From positions 174,162 to 238,161 of the forward strand of contig JAJDEQ010000102.1 of assembly GCA_029259695.1 (NCBI GenBank): 64,000 nucleotides of DNA. The letters run 5' to 3'. Both the position numbers and the translations under genes were made by a program. Source of the DNA: Planctomycetota bacterium (GTDB lineage: Bacteria > Planctomycetota > B15-G4). Below, one piece after another: positions 15,997 through 25,012 of the stretch; within the stretch, counting starts at the first letter, position 1; each line of letters opens with the position of its first letter. The notes under the pieces were generated by a model. It did no database searches, was not told where the DNA came from, and saw only the letters and a list, made by a program, of their open reading frames with translations.

Positions 15997-18642
15997 ATGC
16001 AGAAACGTCCGTCGCTCCGTCGTTCGCGGTGGCTCGCCTGGATCCTGGCCGCCATGCTCACGACGAACGGGGCCTTGGCCCAAGACGTCCTGCAGGACCT
16101 CGAGACCTATTCCCTCCCGGGCCCGCCCCCTGGCACCGGCCTCGTCGGCCTGAACGACCTGGTCGTCTCGGACCTCGACGGCGACGGCGTGCAGGACTTG
16201 ATCCTGAACGTTCGCGGTGTCCAGCTTCCGGTGAGCAGTCACCGCGTCTACGTGGCGCGCGGCCTCGGCGTGGCGAGCTTCGACGCGCCGGTGCCGCTGC
16301 ATCCCTCGATCCCGGAGCAGCTCGAGTTGGGGGCCCTGTTCCCGTTCGCCGTGGGGGACGTGGACGAGGACGGCGCGCTCGACGTGATGCACACGTTCGT
16401 CGCCACGGACGATGTGGTGCTGGTGCTCGGCCAGGGCGACGGCACGTTCACGTCCGTCACCCCGGTCGCCGTGGGCGGCGTCGCCGACGTGCTGCACCTC
16501 ATGGACGTCGACACCGACGGGCACCTCGACATGGTCTTCGCGCTCGTGGGGCAGAACCGGGTGCGCGTGCGCCTCGGAGCGGGGGACGGCAGCTTCGGCC
16601 CGGTGATCCAATCCGTCGCCATGCCCGGCATCCAGCGCATCGTCATGGGCGACCTCGACGACGACGGTCTCGTCGACCTGGTCGTGGGCGCGGGCGAGCC
16701 GCTGGTGTTCACCTTTCCCGGGCCGGGCGGCAACGTCATGTTTCTGGGCGGCCGCGGCGACGGCAGCTTCGATCCCCCGGTCGTGATCGGGCCCGTCGGC
16801 CCCAGCGACATCGCCGTGGGGGACGTGACGGGCGATGCCGTGGACGACCTCGTCATCACGCAGTCCACCGGCTGGTCCCTGCTCGCCGGCGTGCCGGGCG
16901 CGGCCCCCGCGGCGGCGCAGTTCTTCCCCACCGACTTCTCGCTGAACCGCGTGCGCCTGGTGGACATCGACACCGATGGCGACCTCGATGGGGTCATCGG
17001 CGCCCAGGCGACGCGCCAGGTGTTCGTGCTTCGGAACGAGACAGGCACCGGACTGGGCGCGCCGCGTGCGTTCGGGGCCTTGGCGGCCCCCGCCTTTCCG
17101 CCGGTGGTCGCTGACGTGGACAACGACGGGCGCAACGACCTGCTGTTCAACGGAGTCGACCTGAGCATCCTGCTGGGTCAGGCCGACGGGGGCTTCCGCC
17201 CCGCCTGGGGCGTGCCGGACGACCCGCGCGGCGTCGCCATCGGCGACCTCGACGGCGACGGCTTCACCGACCTCGTGGTCCTGGGAGACGAGGGCGGCCC
17301 GGGGTACGTCATGCTCGGGCGTCCGGGGGGCGAGATGGGCTCGCCGCTGCCGGTGGACCTGGGGCCCGAACCCGTGAACGTGTTCGTGCGCGACGTGACC
17401 GACGACGGCCGGGCGGACCTCGTCACGATCCAGGGCGGCAACTTCGGTGGCGGTGTGCTCGACGGCATCGTCGTGGCGCCCGGCCAGGGCGACGGGACCT
17501 TCGGCGCGATCGTGACCACGCCCGTGGAGTTCGACGTGCGCCTGGGCGTAGTGGAGGACGTCAACGGCGACGGTCTGCCGGACGTGCTGCTCGGCATCCG
17601 CGATCTCCCGAGCACGTGGGAGGTGCACGTCATGCTCGGGCAGGGCGACGGCTCCTTTCTGTTCCGCCAGGCCCGCCCGCTCCCGGACAGTCCCCAGTCG
17701 ATCGTGGTGGGTGACCTCGACGGCGACCCCCTGCCCGACCTGGCCGTGACGACGGCGTCCAACAGCATCAACCCGAACGGCGACCTGTCGCTCTTCGTCG
17801 GCGTTCCCGGCGCGCCCTTCTCCGCGCCCGTGGTGGTGGATGCCCAGGTCGACTTCCCGTTGGGCATGGACCTGGGTGACGTCACCGGCGACGGCCTGCT
17901 GGATGCCGTGATCGTCGATGCAAGGGCCGAGCCCTCCCAGGTCGTCGTGTTCCCGGGTGTGGGCGACGGCACGGTCGCCGCGCCGCTCGTGCAACAGGTC
18001 GCCTTCGAACCCACCATGGTCCGACTCGCCGACCTCGACCGCGACGGTGTGCTCGACCTGGTGACGACATCCGTCATCGGGGCCACGACGGTCCTCCGCG
18101 GCATGCTGTTCCTGCCGGGGCTCGGCGGCGGACAGTTCGGTTCCCCCGAGGTCCATCCCAACTGGACGCTCGATGTCCTGGAGCTGGGCGACCTGGATGG
18201 CGACGGCGCCCTCGACGTGGTCGTCGCCCCGGACGAGCAATTCCACGTGAAGTCCTACCTGAACACCCGCGGGCCGTGGCGCGACCTGGGCTTCTCGCTG
18301 GCCGGCGACGCGGGCTTCTCCAAGCTGTTGCCCGTGGGCACGCTGGAGCCGGACAGCGCGCTGCAACTGCGCATCAGCGGCGCGCCCGCGCTGGCCCCGA
18401 CCTCGCTCGTGGTGGGCGTGGTGTCGCTGCTCGCCCCGTTCAAGGGTGGTGTGCTCGTGCCGGACCCGCTGCTGATCGTGGCGGGGCTCTCCACCGACGG
18501 CGACGGCGCGCTGGTGCTGCCCTCGACCTGGCCGACGGGGCTGGGGCCCGGCGTGACGTTGCTGATCCAGGCCTGGTTCGTCGATGCGGGGGCGCCGGCG
18601 GGTCTCTCGTCGACCAACGGAATCTCGGGCACCTCTCCCTGA
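15997..18642 (+). CDS. Secreted FG-GAP/VCBS repeat protein with a shared C-terminal domain
   Basis: Signal peptide WLAWILAAMLTTNGALA. More than 12 repeats of the D.D.DG..D type (DLDGDGVQDL, DVDEDGALDV, DVDTDGHLDM and others). Confidence 0.9.
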   Translation: MQKRPSLRRSRWLAWILAAMLTTNGALAQDVLQDLETYSLPGPPPGTGLVGLNDLVVSDLDGDGVQDLILNVRGVQLPVSSHRVYVARGLGVASFDAPVPLHPSIPEQLELGALFPFAVGDVDEDGALDVMHTFVATDDVVLVLGQGDGTFTSVTPVAVGGVADVLHLMDVDTDGHLDMVFALVGQNRVRVRLGAGDGSFGPVIQSVAMPGIQRIVMGDLDDDGLVDLVVGAGEPLVFTFPGPGGNVMFLGGRGDGSFDPPVVIGPVGPSDIAVGDVTGDAVDDLVITQSTGWSLLAGVPGAAPAAAQFFPTDFSLNRVRLVDIDTDGDLDGVIGAQATRQVFVLRNETGTGLGAPRAFGALAAPAFPPVVADVDNDGRNDLLFNGVDLSILLGQADGGFRPAWGVPDDPRGVAIGDLDGDGFTDLVVLGDEGGPGYVMLGRPGGEMGSPLPVDLGPEPVNVFVRDVTDDGRADLVTIQGGNFGGGVLDGIVVAPGQGDGTFGAIVTTPVEFDVRLGVVEDVNGDGLPDVLLGIRDLPSTWEVHVMLGQGDGSFLFRQARPLPDSPQSIVVGDLDGDPLPDLAVTTASNSINPNGDLSLFVGVPGAPFSAPVVVDAQVDFPLGMDLGDVTGDGLLDAVIVDARAEPSQVVVFPGVGDGTVAAPLVQQVAFEPTMVRLADLDRDGVLDLVTTSVIGATTVLRGMLFLPGLGGGQFGSPEVHPNWTLDVLELGDLDGDGALDVVVAPDEQFHVKSYLNTRGPWRDLGFSLAGDAGFSKLLPVGTLEPDSALQLRISGAPALAPTSLVVGVVSLLAPFKGGVLVPDPLLIVAGLSTDGDGALVLPSTWPTGLGPGVTLLIQAWFVDAGAPAGLSSTNGISGTSP
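18277..18639 (+). other. C-terminal domain of about 121 aa shared with the YVTN protein (copy 2)
   Basis: WRDLGFSLAG...APFKGGVLVP...WPTGLGPG...QAWFVDAGAPAGLSSTNGISGTSP, aligning with 8252-8620. Confidence 0.7.
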
Positions 18643-18692
18643 AGGGGGCTTCCTGGCGGGGTCGGTCCTGGCTCGGGAGCGGGACGCCCGCA

Positions 18693-18712
18693 GCGGCGGC
18701 GGGTGCCGCCGC
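18693..18712 (+). terminator. Short GC hairpin downstream of the FG-GAP gene
   Basis: GCGGCGGC, loop gggt, GCCGCCGC (8-bp stem, 4-nt loop), about 50 nt after the stop. No U-tract. Confidence 0.3.
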
Positions 18713-18841
18713 GCATGCCGGAGAGTTCGTGGCCCGTCCGTCGACCGCTCCCTTTCACGGCCGATGGGCATCGGGCAACATGAGTCGCCGTGCCCTGCAG
18801 TCACCGGTCACCGGACCGGTGCCGGGGCGGAGACCCTGAGC

Positions 18842-19414
18842 ATGACGCGCATCCTTGCGTTCGCCGGCAGTGCCCGGCGGCAGTCGTTCAACAAGCAACT
18901 CGTGGGGCTCGCTGCCGCCCAGGCGCGCGCGCTCGGCGCCGACGTGACGCTGGTCGACCTGCGCGAACTGCCCATGCCGCTCTACGACGGCGACCTGGAG
19001 GACGAGCAGGGCGTGCCGCCCAACGTGGTCGAGTTGGGAGCGCTCATGCTGTCCCACGATGCGTTGCTGCTCGCTTGCCCGGAGTACAACGGGTCGATCA
19101 CTCCGTTGCTCAAGAACACCATCGACTGGCTGTCGCGGCCCTACGGCGACCTGGCGCCACTCGCTGCGTTCGAGGGCAAGCTGGCCGCGTTGCTCAGTGC
19201 GTCGCCCGGCGGCTTCGGCGGCATGCGCGGCCTGGTGCACGTGCGCGCGATCCTGTCGGGCATCGGCGTGCACGTCATCCCGCAGGATGTGTCGGTGCCG
19301 GCGGCGCACAAGGCGTTCGGAGACGGCGGTGCGCTGGTCGACGGCAAGCTCGCGGGGCGCCTGTCCGCCGTCGTGAGCGCGCTGGTCGAGACGGCCGGGA
19401 AGTTGCGCGGCTGA
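18842..19414 (+). CDS. NAD(P)H-dependent FMN reductase family oxidoreductase
   Basis: MTRILAFAGSARRQSFNKQL...LLLACPEYNGSITPLLKNTIDWLSRP is typical of the FMN_red family. Confidence 0.85.
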   Translation: MTRILAFAGSARRQSFNKQLVGLAAAQARALGADVTLVDLRELPMPLYDGDLEDEQGVPPNVVELGALMLSHDALLLACPEYNGSITPLLKNTIDWLSRPYGDLAPLAAFEGKLAALLSASPGGFGGMRGLVHVRAILSGIGVHVIPQDVSVPAAHKAFGDGGALVDGKLAGRLSAVVSALVETAGKLRG

Positions 19415-19428
19415 GTGGTGGACGGCGC

Positions 19429-20274
19429 ATGAGCGACGGCGGGGCCAAGCAGACGGCGACGGGGGACGATCCCGGCATGGCGCCCTGGCGCCGTCGTCTG
19501 CACACCGTCATCTTCGAGGCAGATACGCCCGGCGGCAAGCTGTTCGATGTGGTCTTGCTGGTGCTCATCGTGCTCAGCGTGCTGGCGGCCATGCTCGACA
19601 GCGTGGTCTCCATCGCGGAGCGCTACCACGAGCTGCTGCTGACGGCCGAGTGGGTCTTCACCGTCTTGTTCACGGTGGAGTACGTGTTGCGTCTGCTCTG
19701 CGTGCGACGCAAGCTCGGCTACGCGCTCAGCTTCTTCGGCGTGGTCGATTTCCTGGCCATCCTGCCGACCTACCTGACCCTGTTCGACCTGGGCTTCCAC
19801 TACGGGGCCGTGGTGCGGGCGCTGCGCCTGCTGCGCATCTTCCGTATCCTCAAGCTGGCGCAGTTCCTGTCCGAAGCGCACGCCCTGCGCATGGCGCTCA
19901 AGGCGAGCCGGGCCAAGATCACGGTGTTCCTGGCCACGGTGCTGATCATCATCTGCATCATGGGCTCGGCCATGCACCTGATCGAGGGCCCCGAGCACGG
20001 CTTCACGTCGATCCCCCAGAGCATCTATTGGGCCGTCGTGACCGTGACCACGGTGGGCTACGGCGACATCGCGCCGGTCACTCCGTTGGGCAAGATGCTG
20101 GCCGCGATCGTGATGATCATGGGCTACAGCCTGCTGATCATCCCGGGCGGCATCATCTCCGCCGAGTGGGTCCAGAGCCGGGGTACGATCACCACCCAGT
20201 CGTGCCCCGACTGCTCTCGCGAGGGACACGCGGCCGACGCGGTCTACTGCAAGTACTGCGGCGGGCGGCTGTGA
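19429..20274 (+). CDS. Voltage-gated-type K+ channel (six TM helices) with a C-terminal zinc-ribbon
   Basis: Selectivity filter TVTTVGYGD. S4-like segment RALRLLRIFRILKLAQF. C-terminus CPDCSREGHAADAVYCKYCGGRL (CxxC...CxxC). Starts 14 nt after the upstream gene. Confidence 0.9.
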   Translation: MSDGGAKQTATGDDPGMAPWRRRLHTVIFEADTPGGKLFDVVLLVLIVLSVLAAMLDSVVSIAERYHELLLTAEWVFTVLFTVEYVLRLLCVRRKLGYALSFFGVVDFLAILPTYLTLFDLGFHYGAVVRALRLLRIFRILKLAQFLSEAHALRMALKASRAKITVFLATVLIIICIMGSAMHLIEGPEHGFTSIPQSIYWAVVTVTTVGYGDIAPVTPLGKMLAAIVMIMGYSLLIIPGGIISAEWVQSRGTITTQSCPDCSREGHAADAVYCKYCGGRL

Positions 20275-20347
20275 ATCGGCGCGCCCTCTCGTGCGGGCCC
20301 TCGCCGGGCCCGTGGCGACCCTTCTCCGAACAGCGCTCGAGCAGCCG

Positions 20348-20824
20348 ATGAACGTCCAGCCCGGATCACAGCACGCGTCGGACGCCTTGCAGCCGGGCGC
20401 CCACTGCCGCATCGGCGAGGCCGAGTGGTTCCACTTCCTCCAGGTCCGCGAACCGCTGCACCAGTGGGGCGGAGCGTTCCTGCACGCCGAGGGGCCCGAG
20501 CCGAGCGACCTCGTGCGGGTCTACCTGCGCGACGATTCCCGGCGCGGTGTGTTCATGTGTGTGCGTCTCGATGCCGCCCGTTCGCGGCAGGCTCGGACGG
20601 GCGTGGCGGGTATCGAGTCCCTGTCGCGCGCGGCGGCGGACGTGATCACCGCCAACCAGGCCAAGGCGGCGCTCTCGCCCGCCGACATGGGAGCGGAGCA
20701 GCACGCGTCGGCTCGGTTCCAGGAGGCCGGGGACGCGCTCTACGCCGCGCTGCTCGGCGGCCCCCCGGACGCGGCGGCGTCCGCCGAGGGCTCCCGGCCG
20801 GACGGTTCGTCGGGCGCGGACTGA
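20348..20824 (+). CDS. Hypothetical protein
   Basis: GC3-rich frame with no recognisable motif. An alternative start lies at 20291. Confidence 0.45.
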   Translation: MNVQPGSQHASDALQPGAHCRIGEAEWFHFLQVREPLHQWGGAFLHAEGPEPSDLVRVYLRDDSRRGVFMCVRLDAARSRQARTGVAGIESLSRAAADVITANQAKAALSPADMGAEQHASARFQEAGDALYAALLGGPPDAAASAEGSRPDGSSGAD

Positions 20825-20939
20825 GGCGCGGGGCGCGACGCGTGCACCTGCCCCTTGCGTCGACGCGCTGAACCTGGATTCTCGTGCGGCCCGGGCGTGC
20901 GCCCGGGAACGCGTGTTCCGTCATGCTCCGAGGATCCTG

Positions 20940-21944
20940 ATGTTCCGATGTGCCCTGTCATGGACCCTGTGCCTGCTCGCCGCGGGTTGCTCGGCCGGCC
21001 TCACCGGGACGCAGGCCGCGCGCGACCGGACCGCCGCCGGTGCCGCCGCGGAGCCGAGCCCGTCTCGGCGATCGTTCGAGTTCCGCTACGCCGGCGCGAT
21101 CGAGGAGCTGTCCCCCGGCGCGCTGGCGCGCATGTGGATCCCGGTGGCTCGGACCGACGCACACCAGGACGTGGAGTTCGTCTCGATCGACGTGCCGGGG
21201 AGCTATGAGCTCACGACCGAGGCGCGTTACGGCAACCGGCTGGCGTACGTCGTGGCCCACGCCGACGACGAGGGTCGCATCCCGTTCGAGTTGCTCTACC
21301 GCGTGACGCGCCGCGAAGCGCGCCCTGCGACGGGCAATGCGGTGACGGCCGAGGAGCGCGCCCGTTTCCTGCAGGCCAACGACCGCGTTCCGGTTGGCGG
21401 CGAGTCGGTGCAGCGCGTGCTCCACGGCGAGTTGCCCGACGGCAGCGACGAGGCCGTCGCCCGGCGGCTCTACGACGCGGTCAACGCCCACGTCAGCTAC
21501 GACAAGCCCGCCGGCGGCGGCTGGGGGCAGGGCGACGTGGCCTTCGTGTGCGACGCCGGTTACGGCAACTGCAGCGACTTCCACAGCCTGTTCATCTCGC
21601 TCAGCCGCGCCGCCGAACGGGCCGCGCGCTTCGAGATCGGCTTCCCGCTGCCGCCCGAGGGCTCGCAGGGTTCGATCGGCGGCTACCACTGCTGGGCCTG
21701 GGTCGAGGTGGACGGCCGCTGGCTGCCGGTGGACATCTCGGAGGCCGACAAGCACCCCGAGCTCGAGGAGTACTACTTCGGTCATCTCACGCCGGACCGG
21801 GTGGCCTTCACCACCGGGCGCGACCTGTTGCTGCAACCGCCCCAGAACGGCGGCCCGGTGAACTTCCTCGTCTACCCCTACGTCGAGGTGGACGGCGCGC
21901 CCGCCGGGACCCTGGCCAAGGGCTTCTCGTTCCAAGATCTGTAG
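20940..21944 (+). CDS. Transglutaminase-like cysteine protease family lipoprotein
   Basis: Lipobox in MFRCALSWTLCLLAAGC. Cys, His and Asp of the transglutaminase core are in GYGNCSDFHSLF, GYHCWAWVEV and VDISEAD. Confidence 0.85.
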   Translation: MFRCALSWTLCLLAAGCSAGLTGTQAARDRTAAGAAAEPSPSRRSFEFRYAGAIEELSPGALARMWIPVARTDAHQDVEFVSIDVPGSYELTTEARYGNRLAYVVAHADDEGRIPFELLYRVTRREARPATGNAVTAEERARFLQANDRVPVGGESVQRVLHGELPDGSDEAVARRLYDAVNAHVSYDKPAGGGWGQGDVAFVCDAGYGNCSDFHSLFISLSRAAERAARFEIGFPLPPEGSQGSIGGYHCWAWVEVDGRWLPVDISEADKHPELEEYYFGHLTPDRVAFTTGRDLLLQPPQNGGPVNFLVYPYVEVDGAPAGTLAKGFSFQDL

Positions 21945-21998
21945 GCCGCGCGTGCCGCCGCGCTCAGCGATCCGCGGGATCGTGAAGACCAGGCCGCA

Positions 21999-23726
21999 TC
22001 AGGCGGCGTGGTCCACCTGTTCGGCGGCTGCGGCTGCGGCCGGCGCGGGGTCGGTGGCCAGCGGTTCGCGGGCGTGGTCGAGGATCGGCGCGCCGCGCTC
22101 GTCCTTGCTGCGCTCGGCGTAGGGTTTGCCGAGCGGCGGCAGCTCACTCATGGGCACCTTGACCTTGATGCCCACCAGCTTGCCGGCCCAGCCCTTCAGC
22201 TTGAGCTTGCCGTAGAACCAGGCCAGGCGCGGGAAGCGCAGCCACGAGAAGTCGTAGCCCTCGCGGGCGGGCGGGTAGCGGTCCTTGCGGATCGTGTTCT
22301 TGGCCGCCCACCACAGGCGCTTCCACTTGAACAGGTTGAGCTTGTCGACCACGTGCCACAGGCCCGTCTTGATCAAGAACTCGGCCGTGTTCGGGAAGTA
22401 GTTGCGCACGTTGATGCGCGACGCGTAGGGCTTCATGAAGTCGGCGTGCCACTCGCGCTTGGTGGAGATGCAGCCGTCGCGGATCGTGCTGCCGATGGCG
22501 TCGGACTCCTCCTGCGTGATCATGCCGCCGGCGACCGCCTGCTTGAGCATGTCGCTACCGGCCCACACGTCGAGCCAGTAGACGCTCACGAAGTCGGCCG
22601 GGTGATCGATGTAGAACTGCTCGACCTTCTTGGCGTCGTCCTCGCTCTCCCAGGGCATGCCGAAGATCTGGTCCACGTACAGACCGATTCCGGCCTCGCG
22701 GATCAGGTCGACGGCCTTGGCGATCTGGGCGTCGGTGTTGGGGCGCCCGATCATCTTGCGCGTCTGCATGGTGAGCGACTGCACGCCCATCTGGATCTGC
22801 TCGCAGCCCGTGCGCTTGAGGTATTCGACCGTGCGCTCGTTCACGTTGTTGGGGATCACGAAGCACTTGTAGGGGATGCGCTCGGCATCCGTCATGCGCT
22901 CGGCGAGTTCCTTGAGCCAGGCTTCGTCGGCGCACATGTCGTCGTCGTTGACGCGCAGCAGGCCCGGGTCGTACGTCTCCTTCAGCCAGCGCAGTTCGGC
23001 CAGGGCGTGGTCGATCGAGCGCATGCGCAGGAAGTCCCGCGTGAACATGTAGTCCTTCTTCTCGGGGAAGTACATCTTGCGGTACTTGTTGTTGCCGCAG
23101 AACGTGCAACCCCACGGGCAGCCACGGTTGAGCTGCACCAGCGTGCCCGCGTCGAAGGGGGGACCCAGCTTGTGGAACAGGTCCTTGTCGGGGAAGTCGA
23201 ACACGTCGGTGTCCGACTCGTAGGGACGCAGCGGGTTCTCGACGTAGCGGTCGTGCTCGTCGAGGTAGGTGAGGTTGTCGATGCCGTGATCGATGGCGCC
23301 GTCCTCGAGACTGTTCACGAACTCCACGAAGGCCTCTTCGGCCTCGCCGCGGAACGCGTAGTCGAACAGCTCGGTGCGCAGCACGTCCTCGGCCGCGGCG
23401 GAGCAGTGGTAGCCGCCGCCCACGATCTTGGCGTTCGGCACGATCTCGCGGATCTTGGCCGCGTAGTGCTGGCACCACGAGAAGTTGGGGGTGAGCACGG
23501 TGAAGCCCACCACGTCCGGCTTGAACTCGGCGACCCGCTCGAGGATCTGGCGCTCGAAGGAGAAGACCCGGTCCAGGCCGGGGAGCAGGTTCACCTCGGC
23601 GCGGAAGGAGTCGAACAGCTTCGGGTCGAACAGGCAGCCGGTGGTGTGGCCGGCCTTTCGCAGGGCCTTGGAGAGGTATTGGAGGGCGAGACTCTCCACC
23701 TCGTTGTAGAGAAACAGCACGCGCAT
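21999..23726 (-). CDS. B12-binding domain-containing radical SAM protein
   Basis: N-terminal Rossmann-like B12-binding region (MRVLFLYNEV...VVGFTVLT...IVGGGYH) and a CxxxCxxC motif in NRGCPWGCTFCGN. Confidence 0.9.
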   Translation of the reverse strand: MRVLFLYNEVESLALQYLSKALRKAGHTTGCLFDPKLFDSFRAEVNLLPGLDRVFSFERQILERVAEFKPDVVGFTVLTPNFSWCQHYAAKIREIVPNAKIVGGGYHCSAAAEDVLRTELFDYAFRGEAEEAFVEFVNSLEDGAIDHGIDNLTYLDEHDRYVENPLRPYESDTDVFDFPDKDLFHKLGPPFDAGTLVQLNRGCPWGCTFCGNNKYRKMYFPEKKDYMFTRDFLRMRSIDHALAELRWLKETYDPGLLRVNDDDMCADEAWLKELAERMTDAERIPYKCFVIPNNVNERTVEYLKRTGCEQIQMGVQSLTMQTRKMIGRPNTDAQIAKAVDLIREAGIGLYVDQIFGMPWESEDDAKKVEQFYIDHPADFVSVYWLDVWAGSDMLKQAVAGGMITQEESDAIGSTIRDGCISTKREWHADFMKPYASRINVRNYFPNTAEFLIKTGLWHVVDKLNLFKWKRLWWAAKNTIRKDRYPPAREGYDFSWLRFPRLAWFYGKLKLKGWAGKLVGIKVKVPMSELPPLGKPYAERSKDERGAPILDHAREPLATDPAPAAAAAAEQVDHAA

Positions 23727-23796
23727 GGTCGGGGGGTCCAGACGTACATCAGGGAGGGTGGCTCAGAGTATCACACCGACCACTTTTGGCGGGTAT

Positions 23797-23814
23797 TTCG
23801 TGCATATGCACGAA
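23797..23814. promoter_or_regulatory. Perfect 18-bp palindrome TTCGTGCATATGCACGAA, candidate operator
   Basis: It lies in a locally AT-richer patch, 71 bp upstream of the radical-SAM ATG (23726), inside the 224-bp gap after the methyltransferase gene. Confidence 0.4.
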
Positions 23815-23950
23815 GGCGGATGGAGGGGCGGGCCGGGGGCCTGGGCGGCCGGAGGAGGCGGGCCATGAGGAGGGGGGCGAAGCCTGCCCGTGGGTCCGGC
23901 GCGAGCAATGGGACGACGACCGGGTCCTGCTCGGCGCCGTGCGGCGGGGA

Positions 23951-24814
23951 TCAGCTCGCCGGGCGCCGCGCCACCATGATGAAGGAGTGTCCCGCCGGGG
24001 CGCTGAACCAGCGCAGCAGGCGCGCTTCGGAGCTGAAGATGCCGGTGAGCATCTCGTTGGCGAAGTGCGGGATCGAGATGCCCACGTTGCTGCCCGCGCC
24101 GTCGTCGCCCGGCTTGGCAAAGCGCTGCCAGAACTTCAGCAGCAGCACGGCCGGCAGGATGGCGGGGAACAGCAGGAAGTTGATGTAGCTGGCCTTGACC
24201 ACCTCGAAGCCGGCTCGGCGAGCCTTGGTGGTGAATTCCTTGACCGTGTAGCGCCGCACGTGGTGGGTGACGCGATCCTGCTGGGCGTACAGGAACTGAT
24301 AGGCCGGGCCCGAGGCGACCAGCAGGCCACCGGGCTTGAGCATGCGGTGGATCTCGCGCATGGCGCCCACGTCGTCCTCGATGTGCTCGAGCGCGTCGAA
24401 GGCGGTCACGCAGTCGAGGCTCTGGTCGGCGAAGCAGCCCTCCGATCCGGTGCAGGCCACCAGCTTGGTGAAGTCACGGGCGGCACAGTGCAACAGCCCC
24501 ACGAGTGTCACGTCGGTGCCGATCACGTTGCCGTAGGCCTGGAGCGGTTCGATCATGCCGCCCACGCCGCAGCCCAGGTCCATGATCTGACGCTCGGCGG
24601 AGGGGTCGGTCCCCGTGGCGCTTGCCCCGGATCCGCCCGGCGCGGGGGCGCTGCCCGACGGGGGGGCGTCCGTCCCGCCGGCGGCGCCGGGCCCGGGACC
24701 CGCCCGGCGGCCGAGGTAGCGATCCAGCAGCGAGATGAAGATCGCCCGCCGCCCCCGGAACCACCAATGGGTCTTCTCGAGTTCGAGGAACTCGCGATAG
24801 ACGGCGTCTTCCAT
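23951..24814 (-). CDS. Class I SAM-dependent methyltransferase
   Basis: Motif I, IMDLGCGVGGM, after N-terminal HWWFRGRR. An unusual Gly/Pro/Ala-rich insert (GPGPGAAGGTDAPPSGSAPAPGGSGASATG) precedes motif I. Confidence 0.85.
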   Translation of the reverse strand: MEDAVYREFLELEKTHWWFRGRRAIFISLLDRYLGRRAGPGPGAAGGTDAPPSGSAPAPGGSGASATGTDPSAERQIMDLGCGVGGMIEPLQAYGNVIGTDVTLVGLLHCAARDFTKLVACTGSEGCFADQSLDCVTAFDALEHIEDDVGAMREIHRMLKPGGLLVASGPAYQFLYAQQDRVTHHVRRYTVKEFTTKARRAGFEVVKASYINFLLFPAILPAVLLLKFWQRFAKPGDDGAGSNVGISIPHFANEMLTGIFSSEARLLRWFSAPAGHSFIMVARRPAS

Positions 24815-25012
24815 GGGCTTCCCGGTGGAAAGGCTGGTGCAGGGTGTTCAGCCGGCGTGCGGCGCGTCGCTGGGCGGACGCCCACGCTTCGGCGGAATGC
24901 GGCCGGATTCTAGAGAGAAGCTGGATATGCCGAAAGATAAGTTTGGCTCGTCCCACAGGGCCCGCTGCCGGCGAAGACAGGCGTCCGGCAGGGTGGCAGA
25001 GGGGCTCGGAAG

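Noticed and set aside
15802-18804. 5' two-thirds of the 1361-aa minus-strand ORF 14719..18804
   Set aside because: This is the shadow of the FG-GAP gene (same codon register), fused in frame to the real beta-helix gene. The real gene starts at the ATG at 15801, which is followed by a signal peptide.
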